This document shows, in pieces, positions 1 to 9,085 of a stretch of 21,960 nucleotides of DNA. Source of the stretch: an uncultured bacterium (GTDB lineage Bacteria; CSSED10-310; CAZUFC01); assembly GCA_964619725.1 (NCBI GenBank), contig CAZUFC010000036.1, forward strand, positions 44,104 to 66,063. The letters are read 5' to 3'. The notes under the pieces are model-generated. The model was not told the DNA's origin. It did no database searches and saw only the letters and a program-made list of their open reading frames with translations. How positions within the stretch are numbered: position 1 is the stretch's first letter; each line of letters begins with the position of its first letter. The position numbers and the translations under genes are program-made.

Positions 1-93
1 TCTTATTCGTGTGATTCGCGCGATTCGTGGTTTCTCTTAAATCCAAGTCACTATCTTTACCCGAGTTTACCCAACACCGCATTACATCCGAAT
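1..93. repeat. Direct repeat, copy 1 (may extend beyond the window start)
   Basis: Matches 356-448 at offset 355 with 2 mismatches (56 t vs 411 g; 79 g vs 434 a). Contains the 9-nt periodic motif ATTCGTGTG-ATTCGCGCG-ATTCGTGGT. Confidence 0.95.
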
Positions 94-174
94 TTGGAAA
101 ATCCGGGCAGACGGTCATTCAACAACGTTTGCAGAATCATATTTGCATTATCGCATATTGAAAGCGCATCGGGA

Positions 175-197
175 AAGCGGCAGGATGCCGCTTCTAC
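175..197 (-). repeat. REP-like palindrome (GTAG tetranucleotide plus hairpin)
   Basis: Minus strand reads GTAG-AAGCGGCA-TCC-TGCCGCTT: a perfect 8-bp stem with a 3-nt loop preceded by GTAG. This is the layout of REP sequences processed by RAYT/TnpA-REP nucleases. Confidence 0.7.
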
Positions 198-355
198 TTT
201 CCTTCGTTCTCTTAGGATTATTTTTTAACTTTTACTTTATTGATTTTTCAGGGAAGCATTCGAGTGAACGAAAAAACTTGCATTGACGAGTTTATTCCCA
301 GACGTCCTTGCCGCTGAAATACTGATCACTTTGCCAGCGGCGGCAATGTCCTCCC

Positions 356-448
356 TCTTATTCGTGTGATTCGCGCGATTCGTGGTTTCTCTTAAATCCA
401 AGTCACTATCGTTACCCGAGTTTACCCAACACCACATTACATCCGAAT
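356..448. repeat. Direct repeat, copy 2
   Basis: Near-identical to 1-93. Confidence 0.95.
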
Positions 449-683
449 CTTAACCTCTTTTTCGTAAATTCGACTAAGCGGCAAGCAGTATCATCCATCC
501 AGCATCCTTGCGGTTAATCTTTTTACTTGACTGAAAAGCTCAGCGCTAATAAAAATATGAACGGCGACTTCTGAGATTAAAGCAGTGATTAATGGAGTGA
601 AAATTCTTCAGAGAGCCGCTGACACAGGAGGGTGATATTACTGGAATTCCAATGATTTCTGACCAGGAAGAAGGAGTTCGAAT

Positions 684-1892
684 ATGAACGAAAGAAAAAT
701 AACGGCTCAATTCGGTCGAGGGATACCGCATGATGCGATGCTCCAGGAAGCCCTGATATGGATAAAGCGATGCGAAGAAAAGGTATGGGACGAATACCTG
801 ACGAGCTCAAACGCTAAAGGTTATGAAACGAAGATTTCTCAATATAAATTTTCGGATGTGAGTGATTTCTGCGGGTTGCATCGATTGCGTCAATATATCG
901 CTGAAAACAAATTCAAGCGTCCAGATTTTCGAAACATCGTGGCGACTAACGGCGGTATGGAGCTGGTGACTTTGCTTCTAATAGCATTAAGGGAGCGCAT
1001 TGCTCCTCCTGTAAAGCGAAATGTAATCCTAACTGAAGCCATGACTTATAACCGGGTCGTCACGATAGCGGAGTTGCTGGGATACGATGTCGCAGGCGTT
1101 GATTTGACTGAAAAAGGGGCGGATTTGGACGAACTGGATGAACTCTGCGAAGAACTTAAGCCTGTCTGTTTTTACCAGGTATCGCCGCATCATAATCCTA
1201 CGGGTTTGACGACGGATAGAGAATATGTCGAGCGGGCTGCAGATATCTGTGAAAAGCATGATGTGCTTCATATCGTCGATATGGCATATCTGGACATGCG
1301 TTACGACGGCCGGAACAATGACGTGATCGATCTTGAGGCGCATGATTCCACGGTCGTATGCTCCAACTTTACGAAAAGCGTTGAACCCGGCCACAAATGC
1401 GGCTTCGGTTATATTCCCGACAGGTATTTTCCGGGATTCGACACGGCTGCCGCTAACGCAAGATTAAACCCCAACTACCATACCCAGGCCATGTACGCCG
1501 TGGCTCTTGAATCCGGCGATTACGACCGGCATCTACAAAAATTGAAAAAATTTTACGGCCAAAGATGCCGATGGATCAACGATTATATCCGGGAATATTT
1601 TCCGGAAACTACCGAAGAACTGCCCTTCGTCGCTCCTCTGAACGGAGGCTGCTTTTCTGTCCTCCTCATCAAAGGCCTGAAATACGAACAGGAAGAAGAA
1701 TTCCGGACTTCTTGTGCGGAGAGAGGACTGACGCTGGAGAAACCCAATTTCTTCGCTCCCGGAAAAGAAGTGACTTACATCAAAAGATATGACGGTTTAT
1801 TTTATCGCGTACCTTTCCTGGCTCTCGACCAGGAGCAGATTGGGCATGGATTCTCGGTTTTGAAAGAAGCGCAGGAGGAATTGGCCGGATAA
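684..1892 (+). CDS. PLP-dependent aminotransferase, class I/II (fold type I), no HTH domain
   Basis: 402 aa with AAGGAG RBS upstream. Motifs: FGRGIP, ATNGG, HNPTG, VDMAY (PLP-binding Asp), SNFTKSVEPG (Schiff-base Lys) and C-terminal YRVPF (substrate-carboxylate Arg). Confidence 0.9.
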   Translation: MNERKITAQFGRGIPHDAMLQEALIWIKRCEEKVWDEYLTSSNAKGYETKISQYKFSDVSDFCGLHRLRQYIAENKFKRPDFRNIVATNGGMELVTLLLIALRERIAPPVKRNVILTEAMTYNRVVTIAELLGYDVAGVDLTEKGADLDELDELCEELKPVCFYQVSPHHNPTGLTTDREYVERAADICEKHDVLHIVDMAYLDMRYDGRNNDVIDLEAHDSTVVCSNFTKSVEPGHKCGFGYIPDRYFPGFDTAAANARLNPNYHTQAMYAVALESGDYDRHLQKLKKFYGQRCRWINDYIREYFPETTEELPFVAPLNGGCFSVLLIKGLKYEQEEEFRTSCAERGLTLEKPNFFAPGKEVTYIKRYDGLFYRVPFLALDQEQIGHGFSVLKEAQEELAG

Positions 1893-2313
1893 ATTTTTAG
1901 GAAGTTCTATTTTATGCAAGTCAGTTGAAAAAATCGTAATAGAAATCTTTCCAATAAAATCAAACCATACATCCACCCCTTTCAGAGGACGCATGCTTAG
2001 AATATACAACCGTCCGCCCAAGAAAATCGCTTTACAATAGGGATTATAAAAAAAGCGGCTTGTTAGTCAATTCGCATGAAGTCCTGAGAATATAAAATTT
2101 GATTCTCCCGAGCAAATCGATAATAATGGAAACGAGCTGCGGCTCATTTATTCGACAATTGACTTGTTTGAAACTGATATCATCCTGGGGTAAAGGGATT
2201 TGGTCGAATGATTCATTTATGAGGGTCTTTGTAAGGAATAAAGATATTGAATGCGAATCTGTACATCTTTACGTAAGTCCTTAAATTGCTTGTATTTATC
2301 AAGGAGAGAGTTA

Positions 2314-5300
2314 ATGAAAAGAAAAATGATGTTGAACGTCATGCTGCTGGGGATCATATGCGGATTTATTATTTCCATTCAGGCAGAGACGATAATGTTA
2401 AGCGACATTGCCTCAAAGGATTTCCGGCAGGTTAAGGAACTCGTTAACGAAGCGCTGATCGACGGCGGCAATGAACGGATAGACATTTACCAGACATCAG
2501 AAATTCTGCCTGCCGGGACTGTTATTGAAGACCGGGCAGGACCGGTAACGGAGGTCAAAAACGCATCCTGGTTCATTTTCGCGGACGATCTTCCCGGCGC
2601 AAACTGGACGCATCCCTGCCGTTATATATTGATTCAACCCGGTTCACAGGAAATGCATATCATTGAACATCGACGTCCGCCCGAAATGATAAAAAATATG
2701 AAAGTTATCCATCGGCATACTCCTGAAGCAGGAAGAGAACTGAAAAAGTCAGATGACGGCGAAATGCAGCGCACCGTTCCCTCCCGTCCGCTTACGGCAA
2801 GATCGGCTGAGAATCTCTGGTCAGTCATCATATCAGGCGGCGGCAGTCAGTGGTCGAATTACCCCCGGTACTGGAACGACATTTCCAGTATTTACAAGTG
2901 TCTGGTCAACTATTATGAGTATCTTGACGATCATATTTATGTATTATGTTCCGACGGGACCGATCCTGCCCCGGACAAGTATGACGGTACGAATTCCGAT
3001 CCTGACCTGGACGGCGACGGAGACGACGACATAATCTATTCGGCCACAGTGGATAATTTGCAAACCGTATTCGATGAACTTCAAACCCGCATCGGACCGC
3101 AGGATTTGCTTTTCGTTTATGCGACGGACCACGGCGATACCGAAGGCGGATGGGATACGGTCCTGGTTATGTGGAACAGCGCGGACCTGCAGGATAATGT
3201 TTTTGCGGATATGCTCGATCAGATAGAATGCCGTGACGTCGTCACCGTATGGGAACAATGTTATTCCGGCGGCTTTCTGGACGATCTCAACGGCGAAAAC
3301 CGCGTTTTTGCCTCAGCCGCCCGTTACGATGAGGTTTCCTGGGCGATGGCGCCGGATTACATATATGATGAATTCGTTTTTCATTGGACGGCAGCGGTGA
3401 ACTGGGAAGACGCCTACGGCAATCCCGTTGATGCGGATACCAATAACGACGGCATCGTGGATATGAATGAAGCTTTTATCTACGCTGAGATGATGGATAC
3501 GGCGGACGAGACGCCTCAGTATGACGAACTGCCGGCGGGTTACGGGGCGACTATAAGCTTATGGGGTTCCGGACCGAATTCCGAAGGCGCCCTGGACATG
3601 GACAAGTCATCTTACAGTTGCAATGATACCATTATCCTCCGGGTTATGGACCTGGATTTATCAGGAACAGGCGAACTGGAAATTTCGGTGGAAAGCGATA
3701 CCGAACCCTCCGCTGAAGCCGTAACCCTGGCGGAGATCGAAGATGCCGTTTTCCAGGGCAGTATCGATACTGCAGAAGGTTCGCCTTCGATTGACGGCAT
3801 ACTCCAGGTTGCTCACGACGACCTTATTACGGCTCGTTATCTGGATGAGGACTACGGCGGAACCGGCCCGCTGGAAGTTACAGCCGCAGCGACTGCGGAT
3901 TGCGAAGGCCCCGTCATAAGCATCGTTGAAGCAACCGGCATTACGGATGCGTCGGTTATAATAACCTGGACCACCGACGAACTATGCGATACGGCCGTGA
4001 CCTACGGTACGATGATCCCGCCGGCGCAAACCGTCAGCGATGATGAGCTCGTTTCCGATCATTCCATTACCCTGACGGGTTTGAACAATTGTACTTCCTA
4101 TTTTTTCCAGGTCTCTTCAACGGATGAAGCAGGCAATGAACGAGTGGACGACAACGGTGGACAATATTACAGCTTCATGACTATTGACCGGGTTATCTCC
4201 TTGGAGGAAAACATGGATTCTGACCCGGACTGGAACATATCAGGGGGGCAATGGGCCTGGGGACAGCCTACCGGCGGCGGAGGGGCCTGGGGAGACCCTG
4301 ATCCCGACTCCGGGTACACAAATGATTACGTTTATGGATACAACCTTAACGGAGATTACACGAATTACATGTCGGAATATACACTGACGACGCCGGCTAT
4401 CGATTGTTCCAATGCCACGGGAACGACACTCGAATTTCAGCGTTGGCTGGGCGTCGAAGAAAATACATACGATCACGCCAGAGTAAAAATATCCACTAAC
4501 GGCACAACTTTCCAGACTATCTGGGAAAACGGTTCCTCCGACATCAGCGATGCCGCCTGGGTGCATTGCTCTTATGACATATCACAATATGCAGACGGAG
4601 AGCCCACAGTCTATATACAATGGACCATGGGGCCGACCGACGGCGGCTGGGTATGGTGCGGCTGGAATATTGACGATGTGCGCGTCAGCTATCTGACGGC
4701 CTGCGACGTTACTCCTACGCCTTTCCAGACTTATACGCCTACGCAAACGCCTACACAGATTCCTACCTCAACCCCAACCTTTACTCCGACCAAAACCGCT
4801 ACTCCCTCCCCCACTCCCACCCGATCCCCCACAAGAAGTCCGTCACCGATTCCAACCTCAACCCCTACGCGAACGCCCACGCAGCCTCCCACCCATACGC
4901 CGACCCATACTCCCACAGGTATTCCGCCTACTCTCACCCCTACGGACGGTCCCTCTCAAACACCTACTGCAATCGTAACAGGTACGCCTCCTTTTCCCTA
5001 CACGCCCACGCCCACTTCCGTTACCGTTCATCTCCTGCTGAATCAAACCATCTTCCACGACGGCGATCAATTTCAACTCCAATGCAGAACCGTTAATCCG
5101 GGAGACGCCGTAGATGCCCTCCGCTTCATCATCCTGGATATCTACCAGAACTACTGGTACCATCCCGAATGGTCAACTTCATTATCCTATGAAAGTCTGA
5201 CTTTGCAGGCGTTTTCCGATGAAACTGATTCGATCCTGGAATTTACCTGGCCTCCAAACGCCGGTTACGCCTATAACCTGAAATTCTGGGCGGCATACCT

Positions 5301-5361
5301 CAATCCTGATTCTTTTGAACTAGTCAGCAATATCGATTCCGTCGAATGGGGTTATGAATAA
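2314..5361 (+). CDS. Secreted multidomain C13/legumain-like (clan CD) cysteine peptidase
   Basis: Start moved from 2251 to ATG 2314 (AAGGAG at 2301-2306, followed by signal peptide MKRKMMLNVMLLGIICGFIISIQA). Motifs: WSVIISGG...NYPRYWND, YATDHG (His 3130-3132) and WEQCYSGGF (Cys 3259-3261). Downstream are an acidic DTNNDG loop, Ig/FN3-like segments (VIITWTTD...HSITLTGL...YFFQVSSTD), a Trp/Gly-rich jelly-roll-like segment (GWNIDDV), a Pro/Thr linker and a ~110-aa terminal domain. Confidence 0.88.
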   Translation: MKRKMMLNVMLLGIICGFIISIQAETIMLSDIASKDFRQVKELVNEALIDGGNERIDIYQTSEILPAGTVIEDRAGPVTEVKNASWFIFADDLPGANWTHPCRYILIQPGSQEMHIIEHRRPPEMIKNMKVIHRHTPEAGRELKKSDDGEMQRTVPSRPLTARSAENLWSVIISGGGSQWSNYPRYWNDISSIYKCLVNYYEYLDDHIYVLCSDGTDPAPDKYDGTNSDPDLDGDGDDDIIYSATVDNLQTVFDELQTRIGPQDLLFVYATDHGDTEGGWDTVLVMWNSADLQDNVFADMLDQIECRDVVTVWEQCYSGGFLDDLNGENRVFASAARYDEVSWAMAPDYIYDEFVFHWTAAVNWEDAYGNPVDADTNNDGIVDMNEAFIYAEMMDTADETPQYDELPAGYGATISLWGSGPNSEGALDMDKSSYSCNDTIILRVMDLDLSGTGELEISVESDTEPSAEAVTLAEIEDAVFQGSIDTAEGSPSIDGILQVAHDDLITARYLDEDYGGTGPLEVTAAATADCEGPVISIVEATGITDASVIITWTTDELCDTAVTYGTMIPPAQTVSDDELVSDHSITLTGLNNCTSYFFQVSSTDEAGNERVDDNGGQYYSFMTIDRVISLEENMDSDPDWNISGGQWAWGQPTGGGGAWGDPDPDSGYTNDYVYGYNLNGDYTNYMSEYTLTTPAIDCSNATGTTLEFQRWLGVEENTYDHARVKISTNGTTFQTIWENGSSDISDAAWVHCSYDISQYADGEPTVYIQWTMGPTDGGWVWCGWNIDDVRVSYLTACDVTPTPFQTYTPTQTPTQIPTSTPTFTPTKTATPSPTPTRSPTRSPSPIPTSTPTRTPTQPPTHTPTHTPTGIPPTLTPTDGPSQTPTAIVTGTPPFPYTPTPTSVTVHLLLNQTIFHDGDQFQLQCRTVNPGDAVDALRFIILDIYQNYWYHPEWSTSLSYESLTLQAFSDETDSILEFTWPPNAGYAYNLKFWAAYLNPDSFELVSNIDSVEWGYE
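4711..5016 (+). repeat. Pro/Thr-rich low-complexity linker within the peptidase
   Basis: About 100 codons dominated by TPT/SPT repeats. Confidence 0.9.
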
Positions 5362-5579
5362 AGATGCCCAGTAACTTCTTAGTTCACAAGACTTCCGGCA
5401 GGGCTCCAACCCTTAAATACAGACAATGACTCGTAACCTTTTTCTCGAGAATCTACTCAACCTGCTTGACGGAAAAGATTATCGTGATCCGCATTACAAA
5501 GATACGCGTACATCAACAGGAACAGATCAACGCTCCCTTCCAGGCAGCAAACATCTAGCGCCGCCATCAAGCATCAAGC

Positions 5580-6119
5580 TCAGACGCGGATCAAAAACAA
5601 ATTTTTAAGTGCAAACCACAGGGCCTGGAAGTATTCCACCGCCTCCGGCTGTTTGATCTTCGACGTCCACATATATTGACCGTATCCAACCTGGGCCAGG
5701 ATATACTTTCCGACGGCGGCCTGGCCTACCGCGGTTATGCCGCACGCCACCTGCCCCGCAGCGAAATACAATCCCAGGGCAAACTGTCCGACCGTCATGA
5801 TTCCGCCGATGAATTGCCCCAATCCCACTATGCCCAGTCCGAACTGTGCAATCGTGATCAAACCCAGGCCGAACTGTCCGATGGCTATTATCCCTTTCGC
5901 GGTCAGCAATCTTCCCGTTTCCCTGCTTCTTCCGATCGCGATATGAACTAACGGCCACCCCATTATCGTTGTTTTACTTTTCCATTCCATACCCCAAAGC
6001 AATTTTCTCGGCTTCAATACCGATTTGGTTATCGCTTTGATCGGGTGTCCGCACCTGGGACATACTGTCGATTCGTCATTCACGTAAGAACAACACTCTG
6101 GACATTCTACAAGAGCCAT
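5580..6119 (-). CDS. Zinc-ribbon protein with a Gly/aliphatic-repeat hydrophobic C-terminal domain, function unknown
   Basis: MALVECPEC...CPRCGHP zinc ribbon, then EWKSKTTIMGWPLVHIAIG and ~10-residue repeats (G-I-I-A-I-G-Q-F-x-x). ATG at 6119; alternative GTG at 6125. Confidence 0.8.
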   Translation of the reverse strand: MALVECPECCSYVNDESTVCPRCGHPIKAITKSVLKPRKLLWGMEWKSKTTIMGWPLVHIAIGRSRETGRLLTAKGIIAIGQFGLGLITIAQFGLGIVGLGQFIGGIMTVGQFALGLYFAAGQVACGITAVGQAAVGKYILAQVGYGQYMWTSKIKQPEAVEYFQALWFALKNLFLIRV

Positions 6120-6492
6120 TTTCACGTCCGTTCCGTTCCGGCTTTGCCGGCCGTAAGCCTCTTAAATCACGGTTTTTTCCACATTCTCTTTATGCGCAGC
6201 TTCATTTTGTCGTTAAAACTTTTTCCGAACCATGGCGAGATACATCCCATCCGGTTGCACATTCTTCGTTCGTCCTTGTCCGTTCCTTCCCCTCTCCTCA
6301 AAAAACGAACCGGGATACGTCATTCATAACTCAATTTACACACTCGTTAATTATTTTTTTAGCTTTAAAAATAAAACTGCTCAGAAAACTCAGTCCTTCT
6401 TCCCGGGTAATAGTAAAGTTTATTCAACAATTACCAAGACGGCTTTCACCGCCTTGTTAAGAATTACCGTTTCGAGGCCGGAAAGTCAAATT

Positions 6493-8859
6493 TTATTGAG
6501 CTGATTGAAAAAATCGCTGCAATTCTGCCGCTTTAGCTTGATCATATTTTCGTAAAGTTTCATATTCTCTCTTCGCCTGACCTGCATCTCCCAGTCGTAA
6601 ATACGTCAAGGCCAATTGGAAACGGGCATCAGAAAAATCAGGCGCCAAACTTAACGATTGCCTGAAAAAATCAGCGGCTTTTGAGTATTCTTTCCTTTCG
6701 ACAGAAAGTCTTCCTAAGTAATAGTAAGCTCCGGGATGACTCGGATCGATTTGAATCGAAGTCCTTAATTCACTTTTGGCTTTATTGACGTCTCCCAGGG
6801 CAGCCGCCATCATCGCTTTCTCATTACGAAGCAAAACAGAACCGGGTTTGATTTCCAAATAACGCCCGTAGCATTTTACGGCTTCAGCCAGATTACCCAG
6901 AGCAGCAAATGAATCTCCCATCAACTGATAAACGCCGGCATCATCGGGATTCGATTCTGATGCTCTTTTAAAATATTCCAAAGCCACCTCATATTTTTCC
7001 GACTCTAAAAAAAGAATCCCGGTATTTATCAGAAACATTGCGTCATCCGGTTTTTTCGATAACGCTTTTTGAAAAAAAGTCAACGCTTCCTCTCTTCTTC
7101 CCGTTTCCTGCAACGCGACGGCCAGGTTGTTCATCATCTTCGGTTCTTCCGGGCGCAAAGACAAGGCCTTCCTGTAATATTCCGCAGATTCCTCGAATCT
7201 CTTTTCCCGAAGAAATGCATTGCCTATGTTAGTGTAGGCTTCCGCATCCCCCGGGGACAATTCTATGACCCTCTGAAACCTTTTCCTGGCCTCATCCGTC
7301 TTGCCTTCATCCAGCAGAATCTGTCCAAGATTCATATGGGCATAGGTTAAATCAGGAGCTATGGACAGAGTATGGTGAAATAACGTTTTGCTGTCTTTCC
7401 AGACTTTCATCTGACTCCTTGAACGAGTAAAAAGAAGCGCTGCAAGTAACGCCGCAACGGCAACAGTCGTTTTGAACCTGAAAGCGGACCGGGCAATCCA
7501 ATGCATTCCAAATGCCGCCGTCGCAGCAAAGCCGACCATCGGAAGATATAAAAACCGATCTGAATGCAGAATATGATGCGGAACGACCTGCAGCGCCGGC
7601 AGTATACTGACCGTAAACCACCACAAGCCGAAACGGATTCCTCCAGCTCCTTCCGCATAACGGAAAAGCGCGGCTGCTCCTGCGGCAAATAAAATGCCGG
7701 CAAGGCAACCCAATATCAAAATATGATCTGGTGTCTCTGTTGAATATTGAACCATAAGGTCTGTCGGCGCCAATATCTTTTTTACATTAATGAAAAACAG
7801 ATGAAATATCGTCATCACTCGGTCAAAAAGCGACAATTCTAAAGCTTTTTCAGCGCTTTGATGAAGGTTGTGACGATAGGCGATGTTTTTCGTGATAAAT
7901 TTCAGTATAACCGTGCCGCCACCAGCCAATACGAAAAACCATAGGCGACTGAAAATCCTTCGCCGGCTTCTTTCTCTTTTGACGAACTTTTCATAACCGA
8001 TCAGAAGCGCCGGCACAATCGCGCCGATTACATTGCTGAGACATGCCGCTACGCAGGAGATATACGATGAATAGCGGTAAAAGCGACGTCGGAGCGACGA
8101 CTTCCGGAATTCAGGCGAACGGTCTTCCCCCGAATCCGTCCCGCTGATATAAAAATGAAAACCGACAAGCGCGAAAAATACGGTCAGCAGCTCCTCTCTT
8201 CCGCCGATCCAGACAACAGGCTCTACAATCACTGGATGGAACGCGAAAAGCGACGCTGCAAAAGTAGAGATGACGTAAAATCGTATTTCCATACCTTCAT
8301 TCTTTTTCAGGCTGGATTCCTGCTGCTCTCTTTTGCCTTCTATCTCCAGCGAGTCTCCTTCATCAACGTTTCCGACAAACACCGACTTGTTCATTTGCGA
8401 CTTCAAGCGCAACATAAATGAATACAGGAGCAGAACATTCGCCAGATGAATTAAAATATTGCTTAAATGATAACCCGCAGGATTCAATTCCCAAATCGCA
8501 TAGTCAAAGGCAAAAGTCATCAACCTTACAGGATAATAGCTTGTTATCGATAAACTGGAAAACATCTTTATGATATTGTCGAATGCCAGGCTCCGAATCA
8601 ACGGATTTTCGACAACCTGCCATTTTTCGTCAAAAATCGTAAAGTCGTACGAAAAAGCCGGAATGAAAAGCTCGAAAGTCAACAAAAGTAACGCTGCCGG
8701 CAAGAATAGTTTTATTGCTGTTTCTCCGAAAAATGTTTTCTGCCTGGATTTCATAGACAATTTCGTTTTACTTCTCGTTTTCAGGTAAATATCATCCCAT
8801 CCAACTCCGAACATTACTCCTTCGGTAAAGTTACGATATTTATCCCGCTTCATCAACAT
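6493..8859 (-). CDS. TMTC-like membrane protein (GT-C-fold glycosyltransferase-like N-terminus plus TPR array)
   Basis: Multi-TM N-terminal half with FDE...ENPLI, GYHLSNILIH, FAFHP..VEPVVWI.GR, DRFLYLP and VWKDS..LF.H motifs, then about 8 TPR repeats. Start uncertain (8859, 8853 or 8754). Confidence 0.85.
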   Translation of the reverse strand: MLMKRDKYRNFTEGVMFGVGWDDIYLKTRSKTKLSMKSRQKTFFGETAIKLFLPAALLLLTFELFIPAFSYDFTIFDEKWQVVENPLIRSLAFDNIIKMFSSLSITSYYPVRLMTFAFDYAIWELNPAGYHLSNILIHLANVLLLYSFMLRLKSQMNKSVFVGNVDEGDSLEIEGKREQQESSLKKNEGMEIRFYVISTFAASLFAFHPVIVEPVVWIGGREELLTVFFALVGFHFYISGTDSGEDRSPEFRKSSLRRRFYRYSSYISCVAACLSNVIGAIVPALLIGYEKFVKRERSRRRIFSRLWFFVLAGGGTVILKFITKNIAYRHNLHQSAEKALELSLFDRVMTIFHLFFINVKKILAPTDLMVQYSTETPDHILILGCLAGILFAAGAAALFRYAEGAGGIRFGLWWFTVSILPALQVVPHHILHSDRFLYLPMVGFAATAAFGMHWIARSAFRFKTTVAVAALLAALLFTRSRSQMKVWKDSKTLFHHTLSIAPDLTYAHMNLGQILLDEGKTDEARKRFQRVIELSPGDAEAYTNIGNAFLREKRFEESAEYYRKALSLRPEEPKMMNNLAVALQETGRREEALTFFQKALSKKPDDAMFLINTGILFLESEKYEVALEYFKRASESNPDDAGVYQLMGDSFAALGNLAEAVKCYGRYLEIKPGSVLLRNEKAMMAAALGDVNKAKSELRTSIQIDPSHPGAYYYLGRLSVERKEYSKAADFFRQSLSLAPDFSDARFQLALTYLRLGDAGQAKREYETLRKYDQAKAAELQRFFQSAQ

Positions 8860-9022
8860 TGTTTATGAATTATTGGACGGTGATAAAAGTACCAGGATTT
8901 CTGGAACCAGTGAGTGTCTGTCCTCAAACTCGAAGCCCGATTCAAAATTTAACGCTCCCTTTGTTCAGGCTTAGCGATTGAATGACGAATTTTATGACCG
9001 GAATGTGCACTGAAAGCAATAT

Positions 9023-9070
9023 AAAAAAAATAAGGCGGACCGCAGAAGTCCGCCTTATTTTATTTTTTTT
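9023..9070. terminator. Intrinsic terminator (bidirectional layout) downstream of the fibre gene
   Basis: Inverted repeat AAAATAAGGCGGAC (9027-9040) / GTCCGCCTTATTTT (9048-9061) with an A-run on the left and a T-run on the right, about 25 nt past the stop at 9086. Confidence 0.9.
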
Positions 9071-9085
9071 TGCTCGTTTATGCGT

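Noticed and set aside
237-437. 66-aa minus-strand ORF
   Set aside because: Runs through the direct repeat and has no recognisable motif.
1-448. CRISPR array
   Set aside because: Only two copies, each 93 bp long with a 262-bp gap. No cas genes and the geometry is wrong.
577-660. T-box-like leader (AAAGCAGTGA...CAGAGAGCCG) before the aminotransferase
   Set aside because: No T-box antiterminator (UGGNACC), no terminator and no convincing stem I pairing.
684-1892. MocR/GabR transcription regulator
   Set aside because: No N-terminal winged HTH; the protein begins directly with the aminotransferase fold.
4731-4937. Val/Gly-repeat minus-strand ORF
   Set aside because: Antisense shadow of the Pro/Thr linker.
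6126-6152. c-di-GMP-I riboswitch-like GGCAAA hairpin on the minus strand
   Set aside because: Lacks the GAAA tetraloop, the downstream GCAAA and the second stem.
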